From: an uncultured Candidatus Saccharibacteria bacterium
GTDB lineage: Bacteria; Patescibacteriota; Minisyncoccia; Phycocordibacterales; UBA2100
Direction: 5' to 3'
DNA: 39,380 nucleotides
Assembly (NCBI GenBank): GCA_964359415.1
Contig: CAYHST010000001.1
Span: 1 to 39,380, forward strand
Below the pieces are notes generated by a model that was given only the letters and a program-made list of their open reading frames with translations, did no database searches and was not told the DNA's origin. The position numbers and the translations under genes are program-made. Of the stretch, positions 1 through 8,169 are shown piece by piece (the stretch's first letter is position 1; each line of letters begins with the position of its first letter).

Positions 1-139
1 CGTCGCTATGCTGCTTGAAACGCTTCCGTAAATCGTTTGTTGAACCTGTATATGTCTCACGGTCCTTCAAGCTCAGGAGAACGTATGTATACCAACTTTT
101 TTCATCTCTAACGGGATACATACCCTGGTTTGCTGGAAA

Positions 140-1402
140 CTACTTCGACATTTCTCTAACCTGTCCATTCCCGCGCACAATCCATTTATAACTCGTAAGC
201 GCATCAATGCCCATAGGCCCGCGTGCGTGTAGCTTTTGCGTGCTGATGCCGACTTCAGCCCCCATGCCGAATTCCCCGCCATCTGTAAATCTGGTGGATG
301 CGTTGTGCATCACGACAGCCGCGTCAACCGAGTTCAAAAACACGCGCGCGTGTTCCGCGTTCTCCGTAAGTATCGCTTCGGTGTGCGATGAAGTGTGTTT
401 TTGCACGAAAGCGAGGCCTTCCTCAAAGTTTTTCACTGTTTTCACCGCCATCTTCAGCGAAAGAAATTCACGCCCGAAATCGGCAGGACTCGCTTTTTTG
501 AGAAGTCCCGGCGGGAGAACGCTCTTTAGTATCTTGAATGCCGGAGGGTCGGCAAAAATCTCAACGCCGTACTTGGAAATGGCTTTCGCGAAAGAGGGCA
601 AAAGGCGAGGCGCGATTTTCTCATGTACCACGAGCGCGTCGAGCGCGTTGCATACGCCGGGGGCTTGAACTTTCGCGTTGACGATGAGCGGGACCGCTTT
701 TTCCACATCGCACGATTCATCCGCAAGTATGTGGCACACTCCCGCGCCGGTCTCAATAATAGGTATGCGCGCATTTTCCCGCACAAATGATATTAACCCG
801 GCGCCGCCGCGCGGCACAAGCAAATCTATGAGGCCGCGGGCATTCAGCAATTCTTTCTTCCAGCCGCTCTTCGGGTCCACCAAAAGAACTGCATCTCGAG
901 ACACGCCGTGCGCTTTCAAAACATTTTGAATACAGCCGGCAATCGCGCGATTGGTGAGATAACTTTCCTTTCCGCCTTTTAACACGATGGCGTTTCCAGT
1001 TTTGAGCGCGAGCGCAACGAGGTCAATTGTTACCTCTGGCCGTGATTCATATATGACCCCTACAACTCCGAGCGGCACGCTCACCTTTTGTATGCGGAGG
1101 CCATTCGGCCTCGTTCTTTCGTCCAGAACATTCCCTAAAACATCCGGAAGCTTCGCGACGTCCTCTACGCCTCGTACGTACTTCTCCAACTTTTCTGCTC
1201 CCAACTCAAGTCTTTGCCGCATGGCATCATTTCCCTTGAAAGCGGAAATATCGCGCGCGTTTGCCGCGATTATTTCCCCGCGCGCGCCCCGCAGAGCCTG
1301 CGCGACATCGCGTAGAATCGCGATGCGTACCGCGTGGCTCAAGAGGCCCAGCTGTACGCTTGCCGTCTTCGTTTTCTTGAATTGTGAGATATTACTCTTC
1401 AT
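140..1402 (-). CDS. proA: gamma-glutamyl phosphate reductase
   Basis: 420-aa ORF with GPR/ALDH-type blocks VIYESRPEVT, the catalytic-Cys block APGVCNALDALVVHE and ASTRFTDGGEFG. It overlaps upstream proC by 11 nt. Confidence 0.9.
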   Translation of the reverse strand: MKSNISQFKKTKTASVQLGLLSHAVRIAILRDVAQALRGARGEIIAANARDISAFKGNDAMRQRLELGAEKLEKYVRGVEDVAKLPDVLGNVLDERTRPNGLRIQKVSVPLGVVGVIYESRPEVTIDLVALALKTGNAIVLKGGKESYLTNRAIAGCIQNVLKAHGVSRDAVLLVDPKSGWKKELLNARGLIDLLVPRGGAGLISFVRENARIPIIETGAGVCHILADESCDVEKAVPLIVNAKVQAPGVCNALDALVVHEKIAPRLLPSFAKAISKYGVEIFADPPAFKILKSVLPPGLLKKASPADFGREFLSLKMAVKTVKNFEEGLAFVQKHTSSHTEAILTENAEHARVFLNSVDAAVVMHNASTRFTDGGEFGMGAEVGISTQKLHARGPMGIDALTSYKWIVRGNGQVREMSK

Positions 1403-2177
1403 TCAATTCTTGAGCGCGGTTATGCGCCGCTTTAGCCGCTTCTTCTACAATGCGCGAGAGTCCGTTCTTCTCAAAGACACGAAGTGCGGCTTCCGTCGTT
1501 CCGCCCTTGGAAGCCACTTTATTTACAAGCTCTTTGTAACTCGCTCCTTTTTGCAACGACGCGGAGGCGGAAAGAGTTTTTTCTACCAGAGCGCGGGCAT
1601 CTTTCTCGCCAAGCCCGAGGGCTTTGGCTGATTTCTCCAGAGCTTCAGCGAACAAAAAGAAATACGCGGGACCGCTTCCGGAAATTGCTGTTACGGCATC
1701 AATTAACTCTTCTTTGCTCACCTCAAAATTCTCGGAAAGGTCATCTAAAAACTTCCGCGCGATTTTTCCATCGTCGGATGACAATCCGGAACTTTTCCAC
1801 GCGGAGATGCCCTGCCCCACGGATAGCCCGATGTTCGGCATAACTCTAACAATTTTATCGCGCCCGAATAGTTTCTTGATTTTGGCGATAGTTACTCCGG
1901 CCGCGATTGAAACGAGAATGGCATTTTCCGAGATTAGTCCCTTGGTTTCTTCCGCCACCGTTGTCAAGTCCTGCGGCTTTACCGCGATAATGACAGCATC
2001 CGCGTCCTTGAGATTGACATACGCGCAATCGGGCGTGACAGACAGTGCGGACGCTGCCTTCTCTAAACCGGCGGTATCGAGACTGGATGCGGAAATATCG
2101 TAGCGCGATTGAGAACCGCGCAAAGATTGCGCGATTGCCTGCCCCATATGCCCGAAACCTATTATAAATATTTTCAT
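1392..2177 (-). CDS. proC: pyrroline-5-carboxylate reductase
   Basis: 261-aa ORF with an N-terminal Rossmann motif IIGFGHMGQAI and a C-terminal P5CR block SKGGTTEAAL. Confidence 0.9.
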   Translation of the reverse strand: MKIFIIGFGHMGQAIAQSLRGSQSRYDISASSLDTAGLEKAASALSVTPDCAYVNLKDADAVIIAVKPQDLTTVAEETKGLISENAILVSIAAGVTIAKIKKLFGRDKIVRVMPNIGLSVGQGISAWKSSGLSSDDGKIARKFLDDLSENFEVSKEELIDAVTAISGSGPAYFFLFAEALEKSAKALGLGEKDARALVEKTLSASASLQKGASYKELVNKVASKGGTTEAALRVFEKNGLSRIVEEAAKAAHNRAQELNEE

Positions 2178-2221
2178 AACCTTTGCTTCCTAGTATAGCT
2201 TTTACCTCGCTCACAGCAAAT

Positions 2222-2250
2222 GAAAACCACCAGCAAGGCCGGTGGTTTTC
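2222..2250 (-). terminator. intrinsic terminator-like hairpin downstream of the csp gene
   Basis: 10-bp stem, gaaaaccacc (2222-2231) paired with ggtggttttc (2241-2250), with a 9-nt loop. On the minus strand the stem is followed by a T-rich ATTT tail. Confidence 0.55.
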
Positions 2251-2268
2251 ATTTCAGACAATTAAGTC

Positions 2269-2472
2269 TTAAGCAACCTTGCTGACCTTGACCGCGTTCG
2301 GCCCTTTCGGGCTGTCCGCGACTTCAAAAGTCACCTTGTCGCCTTCGCGAAGTTCGTCGAACGTAACGCCGACGAGCTCGTTGGAGTGGAAAAAGAGATC
2401 TCTCTCCTGACCCTCTCGCTTGATGAACCCGAATCCCTTGTCGGTAAGACGGGCAATTGTTCCTGTTTGCAT
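2269..2472 (-). CDS. cold-shock protein (CspA family)
   Basis: 67-aa ORF with the RNP1-like motif KGFGFI and an overall CSD pattern (GTIARLTDKGFGFIKREGQERDLFFH). Confidence 0.9.
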   Translation of the reverse strand: MQTGTIARLTDKGFGFIKREGQERDLFFHSNELVGVTFDELREGDKVTFEVADSPKGPNAVKVSKVA

Positions 2473-2571
2473 AGCAATGAGAAAAATTACGTAATTAATG
2501 TATCAAGTGCAGTAAGCTGGAGTGGAAGCTCGATCCTCACTTCTCTGGATCAGCGCTGATTTGATTGCACG

Positions 2572-2600
2572 AGTGTAGCATGTCTGAAATCCGATGTCAA
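2572..2600 (-). promoter_or_regulatory. sigma70-like promoter for csp with a leader of about 100 nt
   Basis: On the minus strand: TTGACA (2595-2600), a 17-nt spacer, then TACACT (2572-2577). A long 5' UTR is typical of csp mRNAs. Confidence 0.5.
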
Positions 2601-2625
2601 TCGACGTTTGACACCGATTGCTTGA

Positions 2626-3846
2626 TTATTGCACGGCCGCAAAAGCGTTCACGAGTCCTGCGCCGTAAAGAGGGTCGGCCCCTGTTGCGCCAAGATCGGT
2701 CGCAGTGCTCTGGAGGCGCGCTTTAATTTCTGCCGGCTCCCACTTGCCGTTCGTGTTCGCGTCTTCCGAGGGACGAATGGTGCGATTCATCAGGAGCGCC
2801 GCGGCCGCCGCGACATGAGGAGAAGCCATAGAGGTGCCCGAAAGCGTCGCATATCCGCTCCCTTTATAAGTAGAGTAGATAGAGACACCCGGCGCAGCTA
2901 GGTCTACCTCCGGCCCGCGGCTAGACCATGACGCAATCGTATTTGTTGAATCCGTCGCGCTCACTCCGATGACTTCGTTATACGCTCCGGGATAGTTTAC
3001 CGCCCCGCCACTGTTGCCGGCCGCCGCGACTACTGTTATGCCGGCATTATTCGCACGGATAACGGCATCATGGAATGACTGCACGTCGGCAGTCGTGCCT
3101 AAACTCATGTTAATTACATTGAGCTTCTTAAAAATCGCCCAATCAATACTCTCAATAACGTCCGAGAGATAGCCGGAACCGGAGGCGCTAAGAGCTTTGA
3201 TGGCATAGAGGTCGGCTTGTGGCGCTCCCCCGACGACTCCCGCCGTGTTGTTGAGCGCCGCAACAATGCCTGCCACATGAGAACCGTGGCCGTTGTCATC
3301 ATTTGCAGAGCGTTTCGTGCTGATGGCGTTGTACGACCCTTTGATATTTGATGCGAGGTCAGGATGCGAAAGCGAGATGCCGGTGTCAATGACGCCAACC
3401 TTGATTGGGTTCGCGCTGTTCCCCGTCAGCCAAACGAGTTCTGCGTCTATGCGGTCTATCCCCCATGGGAGCACTTGCGCGGCCGCGACTCCAACTTGCG
3501 AACCGCCTTTTGCGAGCTCTTCGGTACGCGAGAGCGCGTATACGATGACATCGTTATCAATGCGCTTCACTTTTGGATTCTTTGCAAGTTCACCAAGCTT
3601 GCTTGCATCGGCGTTCTCAAGCACGTCTGCCGAAAGCGCCCGCGTCAAGCGTTTGATGCGATTTTGAGACAAGGCGCCAAGCACGGCATCCTTCTCGCTA
3701 TCTGAAACGCCCTCTTTGAAAACGACGATTTTGCGGTTGGAAGCATTCTCACCCTCCCCTTGCGCCACGCCCACAAACGCGAACGCGCCCACTCCCGTAA
3801 AAAGCACAAGCACAGCCAACAGTCCCCCAAATGTTTTGTAATTCAT
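2626..3846 (-). CDS. secreted subtilisin-like serine protease (S8 family) with an N-terminal signal/TM segment and propeptide
   Basis: 406 aa with the catalytic triad blocks VIDTGIS (Asp), HGSHVAGIVAA (His) and GTSMASPHVAAAAAL (Ser). The N-terminus is hydrophobic (LLAVLVLFTGVGAFAFVGVA). Confidence 0.88.
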   Translation of the reverse strand: MNYKTFGGLLAVLVLFTGVGAFAFVGVAQGEGENASNRKIVVFKEGVSDSEKDAVLGALSQNRIKRLTRALSADVLENADASKLGELAKNPKVKRIDNDVIVYALSRTEELAKGGSQVGVAAAQVLPWGIDRIDAELVWLTGNSANPIKVGVIDTGISLSHPDLASNIKGSYNAISTKRSANDDNGHGSHVAGIVAALNNTAGVVGGAPQADLYAIKALSASGSGYLSDVIESIDWAIFKKLNVINMSLGTTADVQSFHDAVIRANNAGITVVAAAGNSGGAVNYPGAYNEVIGVSATDSTNTIASWSSRGPEVDLAAPGVSIYSTYKGSGYATLSGTSMASPHVAAAAALLMNRTIRPSEDANTNGKWEPAEIKARLQSTATDLGATGADPLYGAGLVNAFAAVQ

Positions 3847-3855
3847 ATGCGCATT

Positions 3856-3883
3856 ATTATAACGTATTGAATAAGTCTTGCAA
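3856..3883 (-). promoter_or_regulatory. promoter giving a near-leaderless protease mRNA
   Basis: On the minus strand: TTGCAA (3878-3883), a 16-nt spacer, TATAAT (3856-3861), then 9 nt to the ATG at 3846. No SD motif. Confidence 0.4.
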
Positions 3884-3953
3884 GGCTACTTAATGTCGTG
3901 TTCATGCCCGTAGTATCTCATGTTTCTGTAGATTCAAGCTTCTGCCGTATTTC

Positions 3954-4580
3954 TTACCTCTTACCCGCGAGCAATTCTTTTACCTCCGCGTCTTCAACCT
4001 GTTCAAATTCAATATAGTGCGAGCCGACAGCGCCCAAAAACTCTTCGGGAGGTTCCAGGACGACGACCTCATCCGCTTCTTTAAGTAAATTCTCAACCGC
4101 TTCGGCTGACGCGACGGGAGCCGCGATAACGACGCGCGCGGGGTGCTGCGCTCGCACGGCTCGCGCCGCGAGCCGTATCGTAAGACCTGTCGCGATTCCA
4201 TCGTCAACGATAAGCGCGGTTTTGCCGGAAATCGCTATCGGCTTCCGTCCTCCCCTATATACCCTGACGCGCCGCAGAGCTTCATTTTCCTGCCGTTCAA
4301 TTTCGCGCCGAAGCCACTTCTGGTCAATAGATGCCGTCGCGGCGTCATTCAAAATTGTCATACCCTTATCGTCAACCGCGCCAATCGCATATTCGGGCGA
4401 GAGAGGGTGCCCAATTTTCCTGACAACTACGATATCAAGAGAGAGTCCGAGCATTTTTGCTATCTCGCACCCGGTCACGACGCCTCCGCGCGGGAGCGCG
4501 AGTACCACTGCATCTTGGCCGCGATATTTCGCGAGTTTCTCCGCGAGTTGCCTTCCGGCGTCTTCTCTGTCTCTGAACAT
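3954..4580 (-). CDS. phosphoribosyltransferase-family protein
   Basis: 208 aa with the PRPP-binding loop ALIVDDGIATGLT and an N-terminal FRDREDAGRQLA pattern typical of stand-alone PRTase-like proteins. Confidence 0.75.
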   Translation of the reverse strand: MFRDREDAGRQLAEKLAKYRGQDAVVLALPRGGVVTGCEIAKMLGLSLDIVVVRKIGHPLSPEYAIGAVDDKGMTILNDAATASIDQKWLRREIERQENEALRRVRVYRGGRKPIAISGKTALIVDDGIATGLTIRLAARAVRAQHPARVVIAAPVASAEAVENLLKEADEVVVLEPPEEFLGAVGSHYIEFEQVEDAEVKELLAGKR

Positions 4581-4602
4581 ATCTGGCTATCCCCCCTAGA
4601 CA

Positions 4603-4743
4603 TTACTTCTTGCGCGGATTTTTCTTCTTGCGGACTGGGTTCATCCCCGCATTTTTTGCCCTGCCCTCGAGTCGTGGCGGACGCGTAAGGCGGTCGGTCT
4701 CACGCAAGAGCTTCTTCTTATCCATCGGGGCGGGCTTTTTCAT
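4603..4743 (-). CDS. small, highly basic hypothetical protein (46 aa)
   Basis: Hand translation gives MKKPAPMDKKKLLRETDRLTRPPRLEGRAKNAGMNPVRKKKNPRKK. It fills the gap between two minus-strand genes and lies below the ORF-track length cutoff. Confidence 0.3.
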   Translation of the reverse strand: MKKPAPMDKKKLLRETDRLTRPPRLEGRAKNAGMNPVRKKKNPRKK

Positions 4744-4750
4744 ATGGTTG

Positions 4751-5647
4751 TTAAAAATTCAAGTCGCGCACGACTTCCGCGTCTATTTCGCTGAAATTGG
4801 TTTGCCGAATTCCGCCGTAGAACCTCACCGTGTCCCCCGCCACGAATCGCGTGAGACTTGTGGGTTTCTTACTGCTGTTCAACACGCTGGCTCCTTCGGC
4901 AAGATAAACAGTGTAATCCGCGTTGCCCACTCCTACGACAAGAGTCGCCGGCAAAGTGGTAGCGGAAATGCTTTTGAGCGTTCCCTGAAAATTGCGCGGC
5001 ACGAATATGCTTTTATCTTGATACACCTCTATGAGCGATGCCGAGAAAATGTTTCTGGAATAGTCGTAATTGCCCGAAGCCGAAAGTATTCTGTCTCCTT
5101 TAGATATTTCGCGGATACCGATGATGCGCACGCCCTTTTGAATGAGCGTGGATGTCGCTAGCATGACAGTCGTTGTCGCGCCAAATCTGGTATTGGCAAG
5201 GACAAGCGACGAATTTTCGGGACTAACGCTCGCGACCGTGCCGGAAATGGTTTTGGACTCAACTTGGAGCGACGTGTCGCGGATGCGGGTGGCGTTTATT
5301 ATCAGAACCCCCTCTCCGGAGGAAAGCCTGCCTTCCACATCTAGGATGTCTTTTTCTTTGATATCACTGGCAGTTGCCGGCTCGCCGTGAGCTTTGGTTA
5401 TCGCCGTGTCTTTCTGCGCGAGAACCGTAATGCGGACATACACATTATTCCCCCATGTCACGCGGGAAAAGAAATTCGAGGTTCCGGCTTTTTGGAATAC
5501 AACAACATTGGTCGCGTAGAACTTGCCGTCTGGACTTATGCGAAGCTCCGATGGCGAGGCGGCATATGCGGCGGTGGCGCCAAGCGCAAGGAAGAAACCC
5601 GCCCCCAGGCCAAGGATTGGCACCAAGAACATCTTAAAAACAGACAT
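4751..5647 (-). CDS. secreted hypothetical protein with repeated beta-rich modules
   Basis: The start is placed at the internal Met of the 332-aa track ORF because MSVFKMFLVPILGLGAGFFLALGATAAYA is a signal peptide and TATAAT (5655-5660) lies 7 nt upstream of this ATG. Confidence 0.6.
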   Translation of the reverse strand: MSVFKMFLVPILGLGAGFFLALGATAAYAASPSELRISPDGKFYATNVVVFQKAGTSNFFSRVTWGNNVYVRITVLAQKDTAITKAHGEPATASDIKEKDILDVEGRLSSGEGVLIINATRIRDTSLQVESKTISGTVASVSPENSSLVLANTRFGATTTVMLATSTLIQKGVRIIGIREISKGDRILSASGNYDYSRNIFSASLIEVYQDKSIFVPRNFQGTLKSISATTLPATLVVGVGNADYTVYLAEGASVLNSSKKPTSLTRFVAGDTVRFYGGIRQTNFSEIDAEVVRDLNF

Positions 5648-5703
5648 GGTATGGATTATACACAAAAAAGAGAATTCCCCACTGATGGCCTCTCGGGAGG
5701 ATT

Positions 5704-6264
5704 TTATCCCTTGAATTTGATGGAACATCCGAGCGACGGATTGAACCACGGCTCTATCGGTTTTCCAGCAAGGAGCTTCCGCATGTTCTCGCGCATGGTG
5801 CGTTCTTTCACTTCCTCTTGCGGCTCTAGAGCATCAACGAGACGGCCATGAAATACCAGCTTCGCGTTCTTGTCGAAAAGAAACGGGTCGGGCGTGCATG
5901 TCGCGCCGTATTTTCTAGCGACACTGCCGTCTTCATCCATAAGATACGGGAACGCGATGCCGCCTGCCTGCGCAGGCAGGCGCTTTTTCGCGAACGTTTT
6001 CATATTCTCCATCCCCTCGCCCGGATACTCCGGGTCGCTTGAGTTGATGCCGAAGAAAGCAATGTGCCGACCAAATTCTTTGTGAAGCGCCACGACTTCG
6101 TCCATCCGCACTTTCACATACGGGCAGTGGTTGCACATAAAAAGAATGAAAATCCCGCCCATTCCGGGCGAAAGCGAGGCGGTGCGCCCATCAATGCTCG
6201 GCAGTGCAAAATCCGGCGCCATGTCGCCTTTTTTCAATCGCGTGATGGATTCCGTCTTAACCAT
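5704..6264 (-). CDS. thioredoxin-fold thiol-disulfide oxidoreductase (AhpC/TSA-redoxin-like)
   Basis: 186 aa with the redox motif CNHCPY and a redoxin-like N-terminus (GDMAPDFALPSIDG). Confidence 0.8.
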   Translation of the reverse strand: MVKTESITRLKKGDMAPDFALPSIDGRTASLSPGMGGIFILFMCNHCPYVKVRMDEVVALHKEFGRHIAFFGINSSDPEYPGEGMENMKTFAKKRLPAQAGGIAFPYLMDEDGSVARKYGATCTPDPFLFDKNAKLVFHGRLVDALEPQEEVKERTMRENMRKLLAGKPIEPWFNPSLGCSIKFKG

Positions 6265-6319
6265 GCATTAAATCATCCCACAATTTTATATTTTGGGGAA
6301 CAGATGCGAGTCGGCGTCG

Positions 6320-6360
6320 TTGCAGTCTTTTGCCCGCCTCTGGCGGGCAAAAGACTGCAA
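6320..6360. terminator. perfect 19-bp hairpin; possible terminator or boundary element
   Basis: ttgcagtcttttgcccgcc (6320-6338), loop tct, ggcgggcaaaagactgcaa (6342-6360). There is no U-tract on either strand. It lies between the small ORF at 6488-6655 and the thioredoxin-like gene. Confidence 0.45.
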
Positions 6361-6487
6361 TAGCGGATACCTGACATCATTCCCACTTTGTTATACTACG
6401 ACACGATTTTTTGCTTATTTGCGTGCCTGACAATTTTGACCCCAATTTTGCTGGGTAGGAGCAGTTTTTGGACTTTCGCACCACCAC

Positions 6488-6655
6488 TCAATCGTCTTCG
6501 TTCGCTCGCAACCGATCTTTTGCAGTTTGTAGCAAGTCTTTATGGCCGTACCCTGAACGAGCACTTGCACTTTCTCCCGTCTCTTTGTTCGTGACGGTGA
6601 CCTTTTCACCGAATATTGACTCTGTCCGCTTAACCTCATATTTATCTTTAGACAT
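6488..6655 (-). CDS. small hydrophilic hypothetical protein (55 aa)
   Basis: Hand translation gives MSKDKYEVKRTESIFGEKVTVTNKETGESASARSGYGHKDLLQTAKDRLRANEDD. It is preceded by TTGACA (6685-6690), a 17-nt spacer, GATACT (6662-6667) and 6 nt to the ATG, which is the leaderless promoter geometry. Confidence 0.4.
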   Translation of the reverse strand: MSKDKYEVKRTESIFGEKVTVTNKETGESASARSGYGHKDLLQTAKDRLRANEDD

Positions 6656-6857
6656 GGCTGAAGTATCTATCCGCTTTTCTAAATTGTCAACTCCCAGATG
6701 TTATATTATTATCGTTATCCACAGCCCACTTAATGAGTCTTTTTGTGAGCTTTTGCTCGCCCTGAGCAAAGTCGAAGGGTTTACCCCGCCCGCCCGCCGT
6801 AGCTTCAGCAGAGGAGGGAGCTTGTCGAATGGGCATAGCTCAATTGTACCAAAAGCT

Positions 6858-6885
6858 TGCTGGAGGTCTGGGACGATGTTGGAAC
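6858..6885. repeat. 28-bp direct repeat, copy 1
   Basis: tgctggaggtctgggacgatgttggaac, identical to 7523-7550. Confidence 0.95.
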
Positions 6886-6919
6886 TATATGACATGGGAA
6901 TGCTACCTACTCATTCATC

Positions 6920-7519
6920 TCAACCATTTAACCAATAGGCACTGCTCATGGTGGGAGATATGCCCAATATATATTGCTTAGGAACATGGTTTATTTGTTC
7001 CGATTCAAGTTTTTTTAGGGCAAAGGCGACTGCTCTATGGTTACCTTCAAGCACTGTGTATGGGCCCGTTAGCCCTGATGAGATTAATATTATTCGTTCC
7101 TTGAACTCAGTGCGTCCAACGTTATTTTTCATGTCCAATATTTGTGGAAAGTTTACACCCCATTCATCTGGCAGATTTTTTTGAACAGCCTCTGCTACTT
7201 CCATTAAATTTTTACGCTCGCCAAATGTTCGATTCCAACCATGTTCTCGAATTACTCTTATGTGCTCAAACTCTCCGGCATCCAATCCGATTACATGCCA
7301 TTGAATATTGAAAGGTAGCTGTGCAAGAAGCGGTGCTCTCAATCTCCATAATAATTCCTTCCGCCAGTAATTTTGCTCCCAATTGGATATGTCCGGATTT
7401 GTAACTATTTCATTAAACTGAGCTCGAACGGAATCATAAAAATCCTTATGCCATTCAGAACTCAGAAATTCTAGCTCAAATTGCGGTTCACTGATTTGAC
7501 TGACTACTTTCATAGACAT
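6920..7519 (-). CDS. hypothetical protein with a C-terminal ParB/Srx-like motif
   Basis: 199-aa ORF. GPYTVLEGNHRAVAFAL resembles the Y-x-(I/V/L)-x-(D/E)-G-x-H-R core of ParB/sulfiredoxin-fold domains. The locus is low-GC. Confidence 0.55.
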   Translation of the reverse strand: MSMKVVSQISEPQFELEFLSSEWHKDFYDSVRAQFNEIVTNPDISNWEQNYWRKELLWRLRAPLLAQLPFNIQWHVIGLDAGEFEHIRVIREHGWNRTFGERKNLMEVAEAVQKNLPDEWGVNFPQILDMKNNVGRTEFKERIILISSGLTGPYTVLEGNHRAVAFALKKLESEQINHVPKQYILGISPTMSSAYWLNG

Positions 7520-7522
7520 TCA

Positions 7523-7550
7523 TGCTGGAGGTCTGGGACGATGTTGGAAC
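7523..7550. repeat. 28-bp direct repeat, copy 2
   Basis: Identical to 6858-6885. It lies between the stop of the membrane-anchored ORF (7562) and the start of the ParB-like ORF (7519). Confidence 0.95.
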
Positions 7551-7561
7551 CGTTCTCCACA

Positions 7562-8167
7562 CTATTCATTTAAATTAGCCGGAAAGGTTGGACGGAAAGG
7601 AACTGCAACGGAACCTTCCTTGTAAAGAATCCTTGCTTGTTCTTTTGAAGAATCGGTAATCTTTAATATAAGGGTGGATTCTTTCTTTATTGCTTCTGCT
7701 GGTAGAGTTAGCTTAAAACTAACTGTCTGCCGCGGATCGAGTGCCCTGATGAATACAATTAGATTAGACCTCCCCTTAGGGTCATTCACTCTTAGTATCA
7801 AGTAATCCAGTCCCGCCACATAGGTGTCCTTCGAACTGTCCACGGGTTGAGACAGTGTTGACTGGTTAAAAGGTTCTATCTCCAACTGCGAGAAATCTGT
7901 ATCACTCTCCTGTGGGATAGCCCATAGTTGGATTTGGTATAGCGGGTCCGAACTATTATTGGTTACCTTGATTTCTTGCACCACTCCCCAACTTGGCGAG
8001 AGTCTAATCATTTTGGGGCTTAATATTATTAGAGTCGATTCTTTGGAAAACTCGCCGAGAAGAAAAGGGATCTTTAGGTGGAATGCGTAACCAAAGTCAG
8101 CCGCAGCCTTGAAACCAAAAAAGGCTGCTATGCAAAGGAAAATAATTGTGATTATTAAATTTACCAT
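7562..8167 (-). CDS. membrane-anchored hypothetical protein (N-terminal TM plus a beta-rich ectodomain)
   Basis: The track ORF (7562-8218) overlaps tRNA-Gln, so the start is moved to the internal Met (MVNLIITIIFLCIAAFFGF, a TM helix). That ATG lies 2 nt after the tRNA 3' end. Confidence 0.55.
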   Translation of the reverse strand: MVNLIITIIFLCIAAFFGFKAAADFGYAFHLKIPFLLGEFSKESTLIILSPKMIRLSPSWGVVQEIKVTNNSSDPLYQIQLWAIPQESDTDFSQLEIEPFNQSTLSQPVDSSKDTYVAGLDYLILRVNDPKGRSNLIVFIRALDPRQTVSFKLTLPAEAIKKESTLILKITDSSKEQARILYKEGSVAVPFRPTFPANLNE

Positions 8168-8169
8168 TG

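Noticed and set aside
1-60. A possible 5' end of a further minus-strand gene (GTG at 58-60, VRHIQVQQTIYGSVSSSIAT...) running off the window, possibly proB.
   Set aside because: Only 20 codons are visible, the sequence lacks the K-x-G-S/G kinase N-terminal signature, and the GTG has no supporting promoter or -10 geometry. This is too little evidence.
6415-6938. Track ORFs 6415-6639(-), 6468-6938(+) and 6701-6895(-) in the islet spacer.
   Set aside because: The translations are low-complexity or hairpin-derived (for example LALSKVEGFTPPARR). They overlap each other and the 28-bp repeat. A different-frame 55-aa ORF (6488-6655) with a proper leaderless promoter explains part of the region better.
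6858-7550. The 28-nt perfect repeat as a possible CRISPR array.
   Set aside because: There are only two copies, the 637-nt 'spacer' is a complete protein-coding gene, the repeat has no palindromic structure, and no cas genes are in the window.
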